Sequence record: SRR20825019_361
Reading direction: 5' to 3' (one strand)
DNA: 31,230 nt
The notes under the pieces were generated by a model that did no database searches, was not told where the DNA came from, and saw nothing but the letters and a program-made list of their open reading frames with translations. The translations under genes and the position numbers were made by a program. Positions 18,097 to 27,760 of the stretch are shown here, piece by piece. Numbering within the stretch: the stretch's first letter is position 1; every line of letters starts with the position of its first letter.

Positions 18097-19614
18097 ATGC
18101 ATAAGGAAGCAGCAATTAGAGAACCCCTCATCTTAGGTCACAAGACTTATCACGACATTACAGAAGATGTATGTCGTCCAATTGAGGACAAAGCACCTAG
18201 AACTTGGTATATCTTGTTTGGTATCGCATTGATCATTGGTCTTTACGGTGTAGGATGTATCTTGTACCTACTCGGAACTGGAGTCGGTGTTTGGGGTCTA
18301 AACAAGACAATTGGATGGGCTTGGGATATCACTAACTTCGTTTGGTGGGTTGGTATCGGACACGCTGGAACACTTATCTCTGCCGTACTCTTATTGTTCC
18401 GTCAGAAATGGAGAATGGCGATTAACCGTTCTGCTGAGGCGATGACAATTTTCGCGGTATTCATGGCAGGATTGTTCCCGTTAATTCACATGGGACGTTT
18501 ATGGCTAGGTTACTGGGTACTTCCATTGCCAAACCAATTTGGATCATTGTGGGTAAACTTTAACTCACCACTACTTTGGGACGTATTCGCGATTTCAACA
18601 TACCTTTCAGTTTCACTCGTGTTCTGGTACATCGGCCTGATTCCGGATTTCGCAACAATTCGTGATAGAGCTAAGAAACCAATTCCAAAGAAGATGTACA
18701 CGATTCTTTCTTTCGGATGGTCAGGAAGAGCGAAACACTGGAACCGTTTTGAGCTAGTTTCATTGGTGTTAGCAGGTTTGGCAACTCCACTTGTATTCTC
18801 GGTTCACTCGATTGTATCATTTGACTTTGCTACATCGGTTATCCCTGGATGGCACACCACGATTTTCCCTCCATACTTCGTTGCTGGAGCAGTATTCTCA
18901 GGATTCGCAATGGTACAAACCCTCATGCTGGTAATGCGAAAGGCAATGGGACTTGAAGCCTACATTCATACGAAGCACGTCGAGTACATGAACATTGTAA
19001 TAATGGTTACTGGATCAATCGTTGGTACTGCCTACATTACTGAGTTGTTTATCTCTTGGTATTCTGGAGTAGAGTACGAAGGATATGCATTCATGAACCG
19101 TGCAACAGGACCGTACTGGTGGGCATATTGGTCAATGATGACATGTAACGTAATTTCTCCACAGTTAATGTGGTTTAGAAAACTAAGAAGAAGTCTGTTG
19201 TTTACATTCATCATTTCGATTGTAGTAAACATTGGAATGTGGTTCGAGCGTTATGTAATTATCGTTACGTCACTTCACAGAGATTATCTTCCATCTTCTT
19301 GGAGTATGCACTATCCAACTCACATTGATATAGGTGTATATCTAGGAACGATAGGATTGTTCTTTGTATTCTTCCTTTTGTTTGCTCGTTTCTTCCCAGT
19401 ATTGGCATTGAATGAGGTAAAGACAATCTTGAAATCATCAGGAGAATCATACAAGAATGCTCCTGATCACCACCACCATGAAGAAGCACATGTTGATCAT
19501 GCAGTGGAAGATACAAAAGTGATCGATTCAGAAACAAAAGAAGATGAGTCTTCTGATGACTCTGATAAAGGAGAGGATCATGATGAAACGAACGACGAAA
19601 CAACAAATTCATAA
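18097..19614 (+). CDS. actC: Alternative complex III subunit C (NrfD/PsrC-type quinol-binding membrane subunit)
   Basis: WDITNFVWWVGIGHAGTLISA, HMGR, SPLLWDVFAI, SVHSIVSFDF, GMWFERY. Confidence 0.95.
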   Translation: MHKEAAIREPLILGHKTYHDITEDVCRPIEDKAPRTWYILFGIALIIGLYGVGCILYLLGTGVGVWGLNKTIGWAWDITNFVWWVGIGHAGTLISAVLLLFRQKWRMAINRSAEAMTIFAVFMAGLFPLIHMGRLWLGYWVLPLPNQFGSLWVNFNSPLLWDVFAISTYLSVSLVFWYIGLIPDFATIRDRAKKPIPKKMYTILSFGWSGRAKHWNRFELVSLVLAGLATPLVFSVHSIVSFDFATSVIPGWHTTIFPPYFVAGAVFSGFAMVQTLMLVMRKAMGLEAYIHTKHVEYMNIVIMVTGSIVGTAYITELFISWYSGVEYEGYAFMNRATGPYWWAYWSMMTCNVISPQLMWFRKLRRSLLFTFIISIVVNIGMWFERYVIIVTSLHRDYLPSSWSMHYPTHIDIGVYLGTIGLFFVFFLLFARFFPVLALNEVKTILKSSGESYKNAPDHHHHEEAHVDHAVEDTKVIDSETKEDESSDDSDKGEDHDETNDETTNS

Positions 19615-19617
19615 GAC

Positions 19618-20154
19618 ATGGCAGAGAAGGTAATATATGCGATGTACGACGACGACGATGTGCTAAAAGATGGTGCAAAGAAGTTGGTGTCAAAGGGTGT
19701 TAAAATTGCAGAGGTTTTTTCTCCATTTCCAATTCACGGAATTGATCCAATCATTGGAATAAAGAATACTCGATTGGGAATCATGGCGTTCTTGTATGGA
19801 TTGACAGGTTTGGCTCTAGCAACTTTTGGAATGCGTTTTTTCATGGTTGTGGATTGGCCAATGAATATTGGAGGTAAGCCAAACTTTAGTTACATGGAGA
19901 ATATTCTGGCGTTCATTCCAATTACATTTGAGTTTACCGTATTATGTGCGGCTCACGGAATGGCGATCACATATATGTTGGTGAATAGAACATTGCCAGG
20001 TATGCCAGCACAAAATCCAGATCCAAGAACAACAGATGATAAATTTGTAATGGAATTACGCTTGTCGGAAAACCACAAATTTACAGCTGAGGAATTGGAA
20101 AAAATGCTCAAGGATACTGGAGTGATTGAGTTGGATCAAAAAGAAATTAATTAA
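19618..20154 (+). CDS. actD: Alternative complex III subunit D (DUF3341)
   Basis: FSPFPIHG, DWPMNIGGKP, FIPITFEFTVL motifs and operon position. Confidence 0.92.
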   Translation: MAEKVIYAMYDDDDVLKDGAKKLVSKGVKIAEVFSPFPIHGIDPIIGIKNTRLGIMAFLYGLTGLALATFGMRFFMVVDWPMNIGGKPNFSYMENILAFIPITFEFTVLCAAHGMAITYMLVNRTLPGMPAQNPDPRTTDDKFVMELRLSENHKFTAEELEKMLKDTGVIELDQKEIN

Positions 20155-20187
20155 TTCGATTCGTCGATACATAAATAGACGCAAGAG

Positions 20188-20931
20188 ATGAAAATGAAAT
20201 TCAGATTAGTAGGAGGATTGATGCTAGCAGCGGTAACTACCGTAATGTTTGGATCATGTTCTTCAGATAGCGATAGCGCGGGACTTGAATACATGCCTGA
20301 CATGTATCGTTCTCCAGCAATTGAACCATACGTTGATTATGGTGAGTTGCGTGGACGTGAGAATGTTGATGTTAAAATGACACAATCTGCTCTAACACCG
20401 CCAAATGGTGCTATTCCATACTTCGGAACAAACAAAGAAGAAGTTGCGTTGATGTTACCTTGGTCAATCCTACCAAATAAGGAGTTTAGAGTAACTCACG
20501 GCTTAACAGGTTTTGAATTTACTGCGGAGGATACGTACAATACGAGAGCATTGGCTTGGATCACAAATCCACTTCCTTTATCAGGAGAAGACGGTAAAGA
20601 GACGTTTGCCAAAGGAAAAGAACTTTACGCTGCCAACTGTATGCACTGTCATGGTGAGAAAGGTGACGGAAAAGGCCCAATGATGGTGAACGGAACTTAC
20701 GCTGGTGTTCCAAACTATGCGGATAAAGTTGCTTTGTCAGAGGGACAAATGTTCTATTCTATTTATTATGGAAAAGGAATGATGGGATCGCATGCATCAC
20801 AAGTGAGCAAGAAAGATATTTGGACGTTGATTCACTATATCCGAAAGTTCCAAAACGCGGATTATGGAAAGTCTGGGGCTGCAACGCCAGCAGATACAGC
20901 AACTGTACAAGTGGCGGCGATGCCTATTTAA
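20188..20931 (+). CDS. actE: Alternative complex III subunit E (monoheme cytochrome c lipoprotein)
   Basis: Lipobox FGSC, YMPDM, CMHCH, GKGMMGSH. Confidence 0.92.
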   Translation: MKMKFRLVGGLMLAAVTTVMFGSCSSDSDSAGLEYMPDMYRSPAIEPYVDYGELRGRENVDVKMTQSALTPPNGAIPYFGTNKEEVALMLPWSILPNKEFRVTHGLTGFEFTAEDTYNTRALAWITNPLPLSGEDGKETFAKGKELYAANCMHCHGEKGDGKGPMMVNGTYAGVPNYADKVALSEGQMFYSIYYGKGMMGSHASQVSKKDIWTLIHYIRKFQNADYGKSGAATPADTATVQVAAMPI

Positions 20932-20961
20932 TTGAGAACTAATAAAGATTAACAAGGAAAA

Positions 20962-22164
20962 ATGGAATTCAAAGTAGCAAATAGAGCCAAGACTACTACG
21001 ATGATGCTTATCATTGTCGGTGTGGTGTTCACGGCGATCGGAATTTTGATGAATTTGAAAGGTGGTCATCACTTGGGAACGCGCGTTCTTGCGAATTTCT
21101 TAGTGAATGGTTTGTTCTTTTTCTTTATTGGTTTGGGAGCTTTGTTCTTCCTTGCCTTGCAGTATGCAACGGAAACGGGATGGTATGCCACGGTAAAGCG
21201 TGTTATTGAAGCAATGGCTGGATACATTCCACTAGGAATCGTCTTTTTATTGGTGATTTTACTAACACTTACGTTCATGCATGGTGGTCATATTTATACG
21301 TGGATGGATCCTGAAATGTATACACCAGGGAATCATCACTATGACGAAATCATTGAAGGAAAACGTCCATACTTGAACGAAATTTTCTTCTGGATCAGAA
21401 CACTTGTATACTTAGCAACGTACTATTTATTCTACAGAGGATTCAGAATGCGTTCTATGGAAGAAGATAGAATCGGAGGAACAGATATTCACTTCAAGAA
21501 CTACAAAAAAGGAGCTTTGTTCCTTGTATTCTTCTCAGTATTTAGTTCAACGTCTTCTTGGGATTGGATCATGTCTATTGACGTTCACTGGTTCTCAACG
21601 TTGTTCGGATGGTACGTGTTTGCAGGAATGTGGTGTACAACGATGACAGTTCTTGTAATGACAGTTTTATACTTGAAGAAACAAGGTTACTTACCGAAAG
21701 TAAACGATAGCCATATTCACGATATTGGAAAATGGACATTCGCAACTTCTTTCTTGTGGTCTTACCTTTTCTTCTCACAGTTCATGTTGATCTGGTATGC
21801 AAACATTCCTGAGGAAACAACATACTACATCACTAGAATTGAAGAGTACCAAGTAATGTACTTCGGGATGTTCTTTGTGAACTTTGCTTTCCCAATGTTA
21901 GTTTTAATGTCGAGAGATGCTAAACGTCACTACGGTATTTTAACATTCATCGGATTGTTAATTGTTGCAGGTCACTGGGTGGATGTTTTCTTGATGGTGT
22001 CAGCAGGTTCTGTTCCAAATGCACACATCGGACTATTAGAAATCGGAATGGCTGTGGCCTTCTTAGGAATATTTATTCGGGTTGTATTAAATAACCTGAC
22101 GAAAGCACCATTGACTCCTGTGAACCACCCGTTCTTGGATGAAAGTATGCACCACGAGATTTAA
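20962..22164 (+). CDS. actF: Alternative complex III subunit F
   Basis: Multi-TM; DWIMSIDVHWFSTLFG, SQFMLIWYANIPEET. Confidence 0.92.
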   Translation: MEFKVANRAKTTTMMLIIVGVVFTAIGILMNLKGGHHLGTRVLANFLVNGLFFFFIGLGALFFLALQYATETGWYATVKRVIEAMAGYIPLGIVFLLVILLTLTFMHGGHIYTWMDPEMYTPGNHHYDEIIEGKRPYLNEIFFWIRTLVYLATYYLFYRGFRMRSMEEDRIGGTDIHFKNYKKGALFLVFFSVFSSTSSWDWIMSIDVHWFSTLFGWYVFAGMWCTTMTVLVMTVLYLKKQGYLPKVNDSHIHDIGKWTFATSFLWSYLFFSQFMLIWYANIPEETTYYITRIEEYQVMYFGMFFVNFAFPMLVLMSRDAKRHYGILTFIGLLIVAGHWVDVFLMVSAGSVPNAHIGLLEIGMAVAFLGIFIRVVLNNLTKAPLTPVNHPFLDESMHHEI

Positions 22165-22195
22165 TTAAGAGTAGAAAGACAGATAATATAGAGAG

Positions 22196-23452
22196 ATGAT
22201 AACGAAATTAATCACATTAGTAGTAATCGTTTTAGGAGTTATAGCCGTAGCGCAACTGATGCGTTTGTATGAGCTTTCTTCAAAACTACGCAAGACAGGT
22301 GAGCACGATATCTCCAACAGAGATAACAAATTGAATGCGCTGTTAATGCTCGTATTTATGTTCGTTCTTTTCGGCGGATTTATCTGGTTGATGTTGAAGT
22401 ACGGATATACTGGAAGAGGACCTTCTGCATCTGTTCATGGACATGATCTAGATTGGTTGTTGAATGTGAACTTCGTGATTATTGTCGCGGTATTCTTTTT
22501 AACAAACGGACTTCTTTTTGCTTTCTCTTGGAAGTACGTTAGAAAGCCAGGTGTTTCAGCATTCTACTTTCCTCACAACAACAAGTTGGAGATGGTATGG
22601 ACAGTTATTCCAGCAATTGTGTTGGCAGTAATTATCATCTTTGGTTTAAGAGAGTGGAATCAAGCAACAGATGAAGCAGCTCCAGAATCAATTCGCGTAG
22701 AGTTATTTTCTAAGCAATTCGATTGGACAGCACGTTATTCTGGTGCAGACAATCAACTTGGAAAGTTCGATTACAAACTTACTGAGGATAACAAGAATCC
22801 ATTAGGCTTAATGACTACTCAAAGTATTGAGTTAGCAATTGAGGAAATGGAATCAGGTCCAACTGGAATGGCAGCGCTTGAAGCTAAGTTAAATGATAGA
22901 TCTATCATGATGGCGCCTGCTGATCGTGAGTCAATGATGAATGATTTAAAGCGCAAGCAAAAATTGATTCGTTTGTTATACCAAATGAAACAATCACACA
23001 AAAGCGCAATAGATAATATGGCTTGGGATGATATCATTCAACGTGATACATTGTACCTATGCAAAGGAAAAGAATATGAGTTCAACTTCCGTTCTAAGGA
23101 TGTAATTCACTCTGCTTATTTCCCGAATTTTAGAGCACAAATGAACTGTGTTCCTGGAATGACAACTCGTTTCAAATTCACTCCAGACAAAACGACTGAA
23201 GAGATGAGAGTTGTTAAGAAAGACGAGAAATTCCATTACGTTCTTTTATGTAACAAGATTTGTGGAGGTTCACACTACAAAATGAAAATGATTGTAGTTG
23301 TTCTTGAAAAGAAAGATTATATGAATTGGATGAAGTCCAAAGCGACATCTACATTCAAGGATACATTCATGGCAGCACCTGCAGAAGAGACAGCTCCAGC
23401 AGACGGTGGAGATGCTCCTCAAGAGGAAGTTGTTGAAGTACCTGCAGCGTAA
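22196..23452 (+). CDS. ctaC: Cytochrome c oxidase subunit II
   Basis: LEMVWTVIPA, QFDW, CuA ligands DVIHS and CNKICGGSHYKM. Confidence 0.93.
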   Translation: MITKLITLVVIVLGVIAVAQLMRLYELSSKLRKTGEHDISNRDNKLNALLMLVFMFVLFGGFIWLMLKYGYTGRGPSASVHGHDLDWLLNVNFVIIVAVFFLTNGLLFAFSWKYVRKPGVSAFYFPHNNKLEMVWTVIPAIVLAVIIIFGLREWNQATDEAAPESIRVELFSKQFDWTARYSGADNQLGKFDYKLTEDNKNPLGLMTTQSIELAIEEMESGPTGMAALEAKLNDRSIMMAPADRESMMNDLKRKQKLIRLLYQMKQSHKSAIDNMAWDDIIQRDTLYLCKGKEYEFNFRSKDVIHSAYFPNFRAQMNCVPGMTTRFKFTPDKTTEEMRVVKKDEKFHYVLLCNKICGGSHYKMKMIVVVLEKKDYMNWMKSKATSTFKDTFMAAPAEETAPADGGDAPQEEVVEVPAA

Positions 23453-23499
23453 GGGAATTAGGAAAAATTAATAGAACAATAAATTAAAAACGAGATAGA

Positions 23500-25305
23500 A
23501 TGGCGGCAGTAGCGCACGAGGCACACGGACATCATGATGATCACGGACATCACGAGGAAAGTTTCGTATCGAAGTATATCTTTAGCCAAGATCATAAAAT
23601 GATCGGCAAGCAGTTCTTGATGACTGCAGTATTCATGGGTGTTGTAGCAATGTTGTTATCAATATTGTTCCGCATCCAATTGGCTTGGCCAGGGGAGAGC
23701 TCGGATTTCCTTTCATTCTTTTTGGGTGAAAAGTGGGCTCCAGGTGGAGTACTTTCTGAAGATATGTATCTTGGATTGGTAACAATTCACGGTACAATAA
23801 TGGTCTTCTTCCTTCTTACTGGAGGATTGTCTGGAACATTCTCTAATTTACTTATTCCATTGCAAATTGGTGCTCGTGATATGGCGTCAGGATTCCTGAA
23901 CATGCTGTCTTACTGGTTCTTCTTTATCTCATCAGGATTGATGTTCGTTTCGCTCTTTATTGAAACGGGACCTGCAATGGCTGGTTGGACGATTTACCCT
24001 CCTCTGTCGGCACTGCCGCAGGCGATGAGCGGTTCTGGTCTTGGAATGACACTGTGGTTGGCTTCAATGACGATATTTATTGCTTCATCATTGATCGGTT
24101 CATTGAACTACATCGTTACAGTATTGAACCTTAGAACAAAAGGAATGTCAATGACGCGCATGCCGTTGACTATCTGGGCGTTCTTTGTTACAGCGATTCT
24201 TGGTGTACTTTCTTTCCCAGTTCTTCTTTCAGCAGCATTGTTGCTAATGATGGATAGATTGGCAGGAACTAGTTTCTACTTATCAGATATTATTGTAGGA
24301 GGTGAAATGTTGACGAATCATGGTGGTTCTCCGATACTTTATCAACACTTATTCTGGTTCTTAGGTCACCCTGAGGTGTACATTGTACTCTTACCAGCAC
24401 TTGGACTTTCATCCGAGGTTATCTCAACGAATTCACGAAAACCGATCTTTGGATACAGAGCCATGATTGGGTCAATCTTAGCAATCGGATTCCTATCGTT
24501 TATCGTTTGGGCGCACCACATGTTCGTAACAGGAATGAACCCATTCCTAGGAAGTGTATTCGTCTTCACAACGTTATTAATTGCAATTCCTTCAGCGGTA
24601 AAAGTGTTTAACTACATCACAACGCTTTGGAGAGGATCAATTATTTTCACTCCCGCAATGTTGTTCGCAATCGGATTGGTTTCAACGTTCATCACTGGTG
24701 GTGTAACTGGAATTATCCTTGCAGATGCAGCACTTGATATTAGTATTCATGATACGTACTTCGTAGTTGCTCACTTCCACGTAGTAATGGGCTTATCCGC
24801 AGTATTCGGAATGTTTGCCGGGGTGTATCATTGGTTCCCAAAAATGTACGGTAAGATGATGAACACACGTTTAGCGTATGCTCACTTCTGGATTACATTG
24901 ATTGGAGCGTACGGGGTTTTCTTCCCAATGCACTTCGTTGGATTAGCAGGAGCACCTAGACGTTACTATGATTATTCAGTGTACGGTGAGTTTGATACAG
25001 ATACATTGGCACAAATGGTCGATTTGAACGTGATCATTACAGTGTTCGCTATTATCGCTGCAATGGGTCAGTTGTTGTTCTTATTCAACTTCTTCTACAG
25101 CATATTCAGAGGACCGAAGGCAGTACAAAATCCTTGGAGATCAAATACGTTAGAATGGACTACTCCGGTAGAGCACGTTCACGGAAACTGGCCTGGAGAG
25201 TTACCAACTGTTCACAGATGGCCTTATGATTATTCTAAGCCTGGAGCAGAAGAAGATTTTATTCCTCAAACTGTGCCATTGGCAGACGGCGAAGAAGAGC
25301 ATTAG
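23500..25305 (+). CDS. ctaD: Cytochrome c oxidase subunit I, A1-type heme-copper oxidase
   Basis: DHKMIG (D-channel), HGTIM, GWTIYPPL, WFLGHPEVY, WAHH, HDTYFVVAHFH, PRRY. Confidence 0.97.
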   Translation: MAAVAHEAHGHHDDHGHHEESFVSKYIFSQDHKMIGKQFLMTAVFMGVVAMLLSILFRIQLAWPGESSDFLSFFLGEKWAPGGVLSEDMYLGLVTIHGTIMVFFLLTGGLSGTFSNLLIPLQIGARDMASGFLNMLSYWFFFISSGLMFVSLFIETGPAMAGWTIYPPLSALPQAMSGSGLGMTLWLASMTIFIASSLIGSLNYIVTVLNLRTKGMSMTRMPLTIWAFFVTAILGVLSFPVLLSAALLLMMDRLAGTSFYLSDIIVGGEMLTNHGGSPILYQHLFWFLGHPEVYIVLLPALGLSSEVISTNSRKPIFGYRAMIGSILAIGFLSFIVWAHHMFVTGMNPFLGSVFVFTTLLIAIPSAVKVFNYITTLWRGSIIFTPAMLFAIGLVSTFITGGVTGIILADAALDISIHDTYFVVAHFHVVMGLSAVFGMFAGVYHWFPKMYGKMMNTRLAYAHFWITLIGAYGVFFPMHFVGLAGAPRRYYDYSVYGEFDTDTLAQMVDLNVIITVFAIIAAMGQLLFLFNFFYSIFRGPKAVQNPWRSNTLEWTTPVEHVHGNWPGELPTVHRWPYDYSKPGAEEDFIPQTVPLADGEEEH

Positions 25306-25321
25306 AAAATAAAAGATATAG

Positions 25322-25357
25322 AAATCCCGTTTATCATTGATAGACGGGATTTTTTTT
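25322..25357 (+). terminator. Intrinsic terminator of the act-cox operon
   Basis: AAATCCCGTTTATC-ATT-GATAGACGGGATTT followed by a T run. Confidence 0.9.
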
Positions 25358-25448
25358 GCAATTTATTGAGCTATCATTTCGTGCGAGACTTGAATCTTGT
25401 GATCTTCCTAACCTAGTGATTAGTGAGCATTTTTCGGTAGAATTGAGT

Positions 25449-25456
25449 TATCTTTG
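25449..25456 (+). promoter_or_regulatory. -7 promoter element for the lipoprotein pair
   Basis: TATCTTTG(C), 45 bp before ATG 25502. Confidence 0.65.
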
Positions 25457-25501
25457 CACGCGTGATTTAGTCACATAAGTAGTTTCTAACCAATCATTTT
25501 T

Positions 25502-26080
25502 ATGAAAAAGCAAATTTTGAGAGTATCAATTGCCATGATTGCCCTTGCTGGTTTATCCACCATTGCAGGATGTAAAAAGGGGGATAACGACCCGTTTTTA
25601 TCGTTGAAATCTAGAACAGCGCGCATTACCGGCGAATGGGAACTGGAAGGGGGGACGATTACGACATCTTCGACTTCCGGAGGAACGACTGAATCAGACG
25701 TAACAACCTATACTGGTTCATCAGTATCGCAGGATGGTTCAACAGTATCGTATTCAGAGACGTTGACCATTGAGAAAGATGGAACTTTCGAGGTGGTAAT
25801 CGTTGAAGACGGAGAAACATCAATCGTAAGAGGTAACTGGTACTTCGCTGGAAAGAACAAGGAAATCGACCTTAAGAAAAAAGAAGCAATCATTTTTAGT
25901 GAAACTGAGTACGTCAATCCTGGCGGATCAAGCGTTTATACTGGAGTTTATGCCGACCAAGCAATGTTGATTGATCAACTAAAGAATAAGGAAATTGTCT
26001 TTAAAGGGAGCTACAAGTATTTCGACTCAGATGGTTATGGAGCCTCGTATTCATACAACCGTACTTTCGAGAAAAAGTAA
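25502..26080 (+). CDS. Lipoprotein, lipocalin-like beta-barrel (paralog 1)
   Basis: Lipobox IAGC, CKKGDNDPFLSLKSR, lipocalin-like ITGEW and GNW motifs, beta-rich. Confidence 0.7.
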   Translation: MKKQILRVSIAMIALAGLSTIAGCKKGDNDPFLSLKSRTARITGEWELEGGTITTSSTSGGTTESDVTTYTGSSVSQDGSTVSYSETLTIEKDGTFEVVIVEDGETSIVRGNWYFAGKNKEIDLKKKEAIIFSETEYVNPGGSSVYTGVYADQAMLIDQLKNKEIVFKGSYKYFDSDGYGASYSYNRTFEKK

Positions 26081-26110
26081 TTAATCGTACACTAATTCAA
26101 AATTATTCAA

Positions 26111-26689
26111 ATGAAAAATAGATTTTTATACTTCGTATTTGTTGGTTGCATCGTTGCAGGTTTATCATTAGTACAAGGCTGTAAGAAGGGAGATAACGAC
26201 CCATTTTTATCCCTTAAATCGCGCAAGGCACGAATTACCGGTGAATGGGTGCTTCAGGAAGGTACTGTAACTAATACAACAACGTTCGGTGGAATACAAT
26301 CCTCGGAAACTACTGTTTATACGAATTACACAAAAACGAGCGGCGGAACAACTGGAGGATATTCCGAAACGTTAACCATTGACAAAGATGGAACTTATGA
26401 GCTCGCAATTATCGATGATGGAGTTGGTTATACTTTTGAAGGAATCTGGTTCTTCGCAGGTAAGATTAAAGACCTTGATTTAAAAAATAAGGAAGCTGTG
26501 ATCTTTCAAGAGTTGAAATTGGTTAGCGGGAGTTTTTCAACAACCCATGAGGGATTGTATGGCGGAGATGTGATGATCATTGATCAATTGAAGAATAAAG
26601 AAATTATCTTCAAAGGATCGTACTCAGGAACTTCTACTTCAGGATTTAATTATAAGTCTACGTACGATAGAACGTTTGAGAAGAAATAA
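26111..26689 (+). CDS. Lipoprotein, lipocalin-like beta-barrel (paralog 2)
   Basis: Lipobox VQGC; same length (192 aa) and shared blocks with paralog 1. Confidence 0.7.
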   Translation: MKNRFLYFVFVGCIVAGLSLVQGCKKGDNDPFLSLKSRKARITGEWVLQEGTVTNTTTFGGIQSSETTVYTNYTKTSGGTTGGYSETLTIDKDGTYELAIIDDGVGYTFEGIWFFAGKIKDLDLKNKEAVIFQELKLVSGSFSTTHEGLYGGDVMIIDQLKNKEIIFKGSYSGTSTSGFNYKSTYDRTFEKK

Positions 26690-26710
26690 ATTTTGATTCA
26701 CTCATTTTTG

Positions 26711-26745
26711 AAATCCCACTTGTCGCCGATATGTGGGATTTTTTT
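26711..26745 (+). terminator. Intrinsic terminator after the lipoprotein pair
   Basis: AAATCCCAC...GTGGGATTT followed by a T run. Confidence 0.85.
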
Positions 26746-26758
26746 ATTTTAAGGATTT

Positions 26759-27712
26759 ATGAAACAGACTACCAACACACTTTTAATGATTCGCCCAGCT
26801 TCATTCAGGTTGAACGAACAGACTGCGGTGAATAATTTCTATCAACGATTGGATGACAACGTGAACGCACATGAAGCTGCTAACCTTGCTAGGGAAGAGT
26901 TTGATGAACTGGTAAAGGTGTTACGCCGTGAAAATGCAAATGTTCTGGTAATGGAAGACACATTGGATCCGGAAACTCCAGATGCTCTCTTCCCAAATAA
27001 TTGGGTTTCGTTTCATAGCAACAGTTCAATAATTTTGTATCCGATGTTCGCAGAGAATAGACGACTCGAAAGAAGGGATGACCTATCTGAATTCTGTTCT
27101 TTGAAGGGACTGAGCGTTTTGGAAGTAATTGACGTGTCTGCTTCGGAGAAAGATGGTCTTTTTTTGGAGGGAACGGGAAGTATGGTTTTAGATAGAGAGA
27201 ATAAAGTAGCTTTTTGCGCAATCTCTCCCAGAGCTGATGAAACACTTTTTCGAGCTTGGTGCGATCGTTTCGGATATGAAGCAGTTGTATTTCATGCCTT
27301 TCAAACAATTGAGAACAAACGAAGTTTGATTTATCACACAAATGTAATGATGTGCCTGGGAGAATCTTTCTCTACAATTTGTTTAGAGTGCATCGATGAT
27401 ATCGAGGAACGCCGAATGGTTGAAGAGAAGCTAAAATCATTGGGCAAAGAGGTTATCGCAATTTCAGAAAAGCAAGTTGCCTGTTTCGCGGGGAACATGC
27501 TGCAAATTTCTTCATTGGAAGGGAATTCCATCATTGTGATGAGTTCGTCTGCCTACGACAGTTTAAATGCTGCTCAGAGAGAACGACTGTTTGGTTATGG
27601 TAAGTTAGTGCACTCACCTCTTACGGTTATTGAAACATTGGGTGGAGGAAGCGCAAGGTGCATGATTGCCGAGGTGTTTTTACCAAAAATCGAACAGATT
27701 TATCCTTCTTAG
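26759..27712 (+). CDS. ctlX: Amidinotransferase-fold protein, citrulline utilization hydrolase CtlX-like
   Basis: LMIRPASF, TPDALFPNNW, LEGTGSMVLD, YHTNVMM, GGGSARCMIAE motifs. Confidence 0.82.
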   Translation: MKQTTNTLLMIRPASFRLNEQTAVNNFYQRLDDNVNAHEAANLAREEFDELVKVLRRENANVLVMEDTLDPETPDALFPNNWVSFHSNSSIILYPMFAENRRLERRDDLSEFCSLKGLSVLEVIDVSASEKDGLFLEGTGSMVLDRENKVAFCAISPRADETLFRAWCDRFGYEAVVFHAFQTIENKRSLIYHTNVMMCLGESFSTICLECIDDIEERRMVEEKLKSLGKEVIAISEKQVACFAGNMLQISSLEGNSIIVMSSSAYDSLNAAQRERLFGYGKLVHSPLTVIETLGGGSARCMIAEVFLPKIEQIYPS

Positions 27713-27752
27713 ATCGCATTTATTTTTAGTAGTGTAATTCGGATTTTCCGTC

Positions 27753-27760
27753 TACATTTG
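27753..27760 (+). promoter_or_regulatory. -7 promoter element upstream of the 2OG oxygenase
   Basis: TACATTTG(C). Confidence 0.55.

Noticed and set aside
19648-19659. Short GAC trinucleotide run in actD as a phase-variable tract
   Set aside because: It is an in-frame DDDD coding motif and too short.
23245-23290. CuA motif CNKIC instead of CxExC, as a possible defect
   Set aside because: That position ligates through the backbone carbonyl and the Lys variant is usual in Bacteroidota oxidases.
25321-26745. Similar GAAATCCC...GGGATTTTTTT hairpins on both sides of the lipoprotein pair as mobile-element ends
   Set aside because: Both are explained as ordinary intrinsic terminators and their inner sequences differ.
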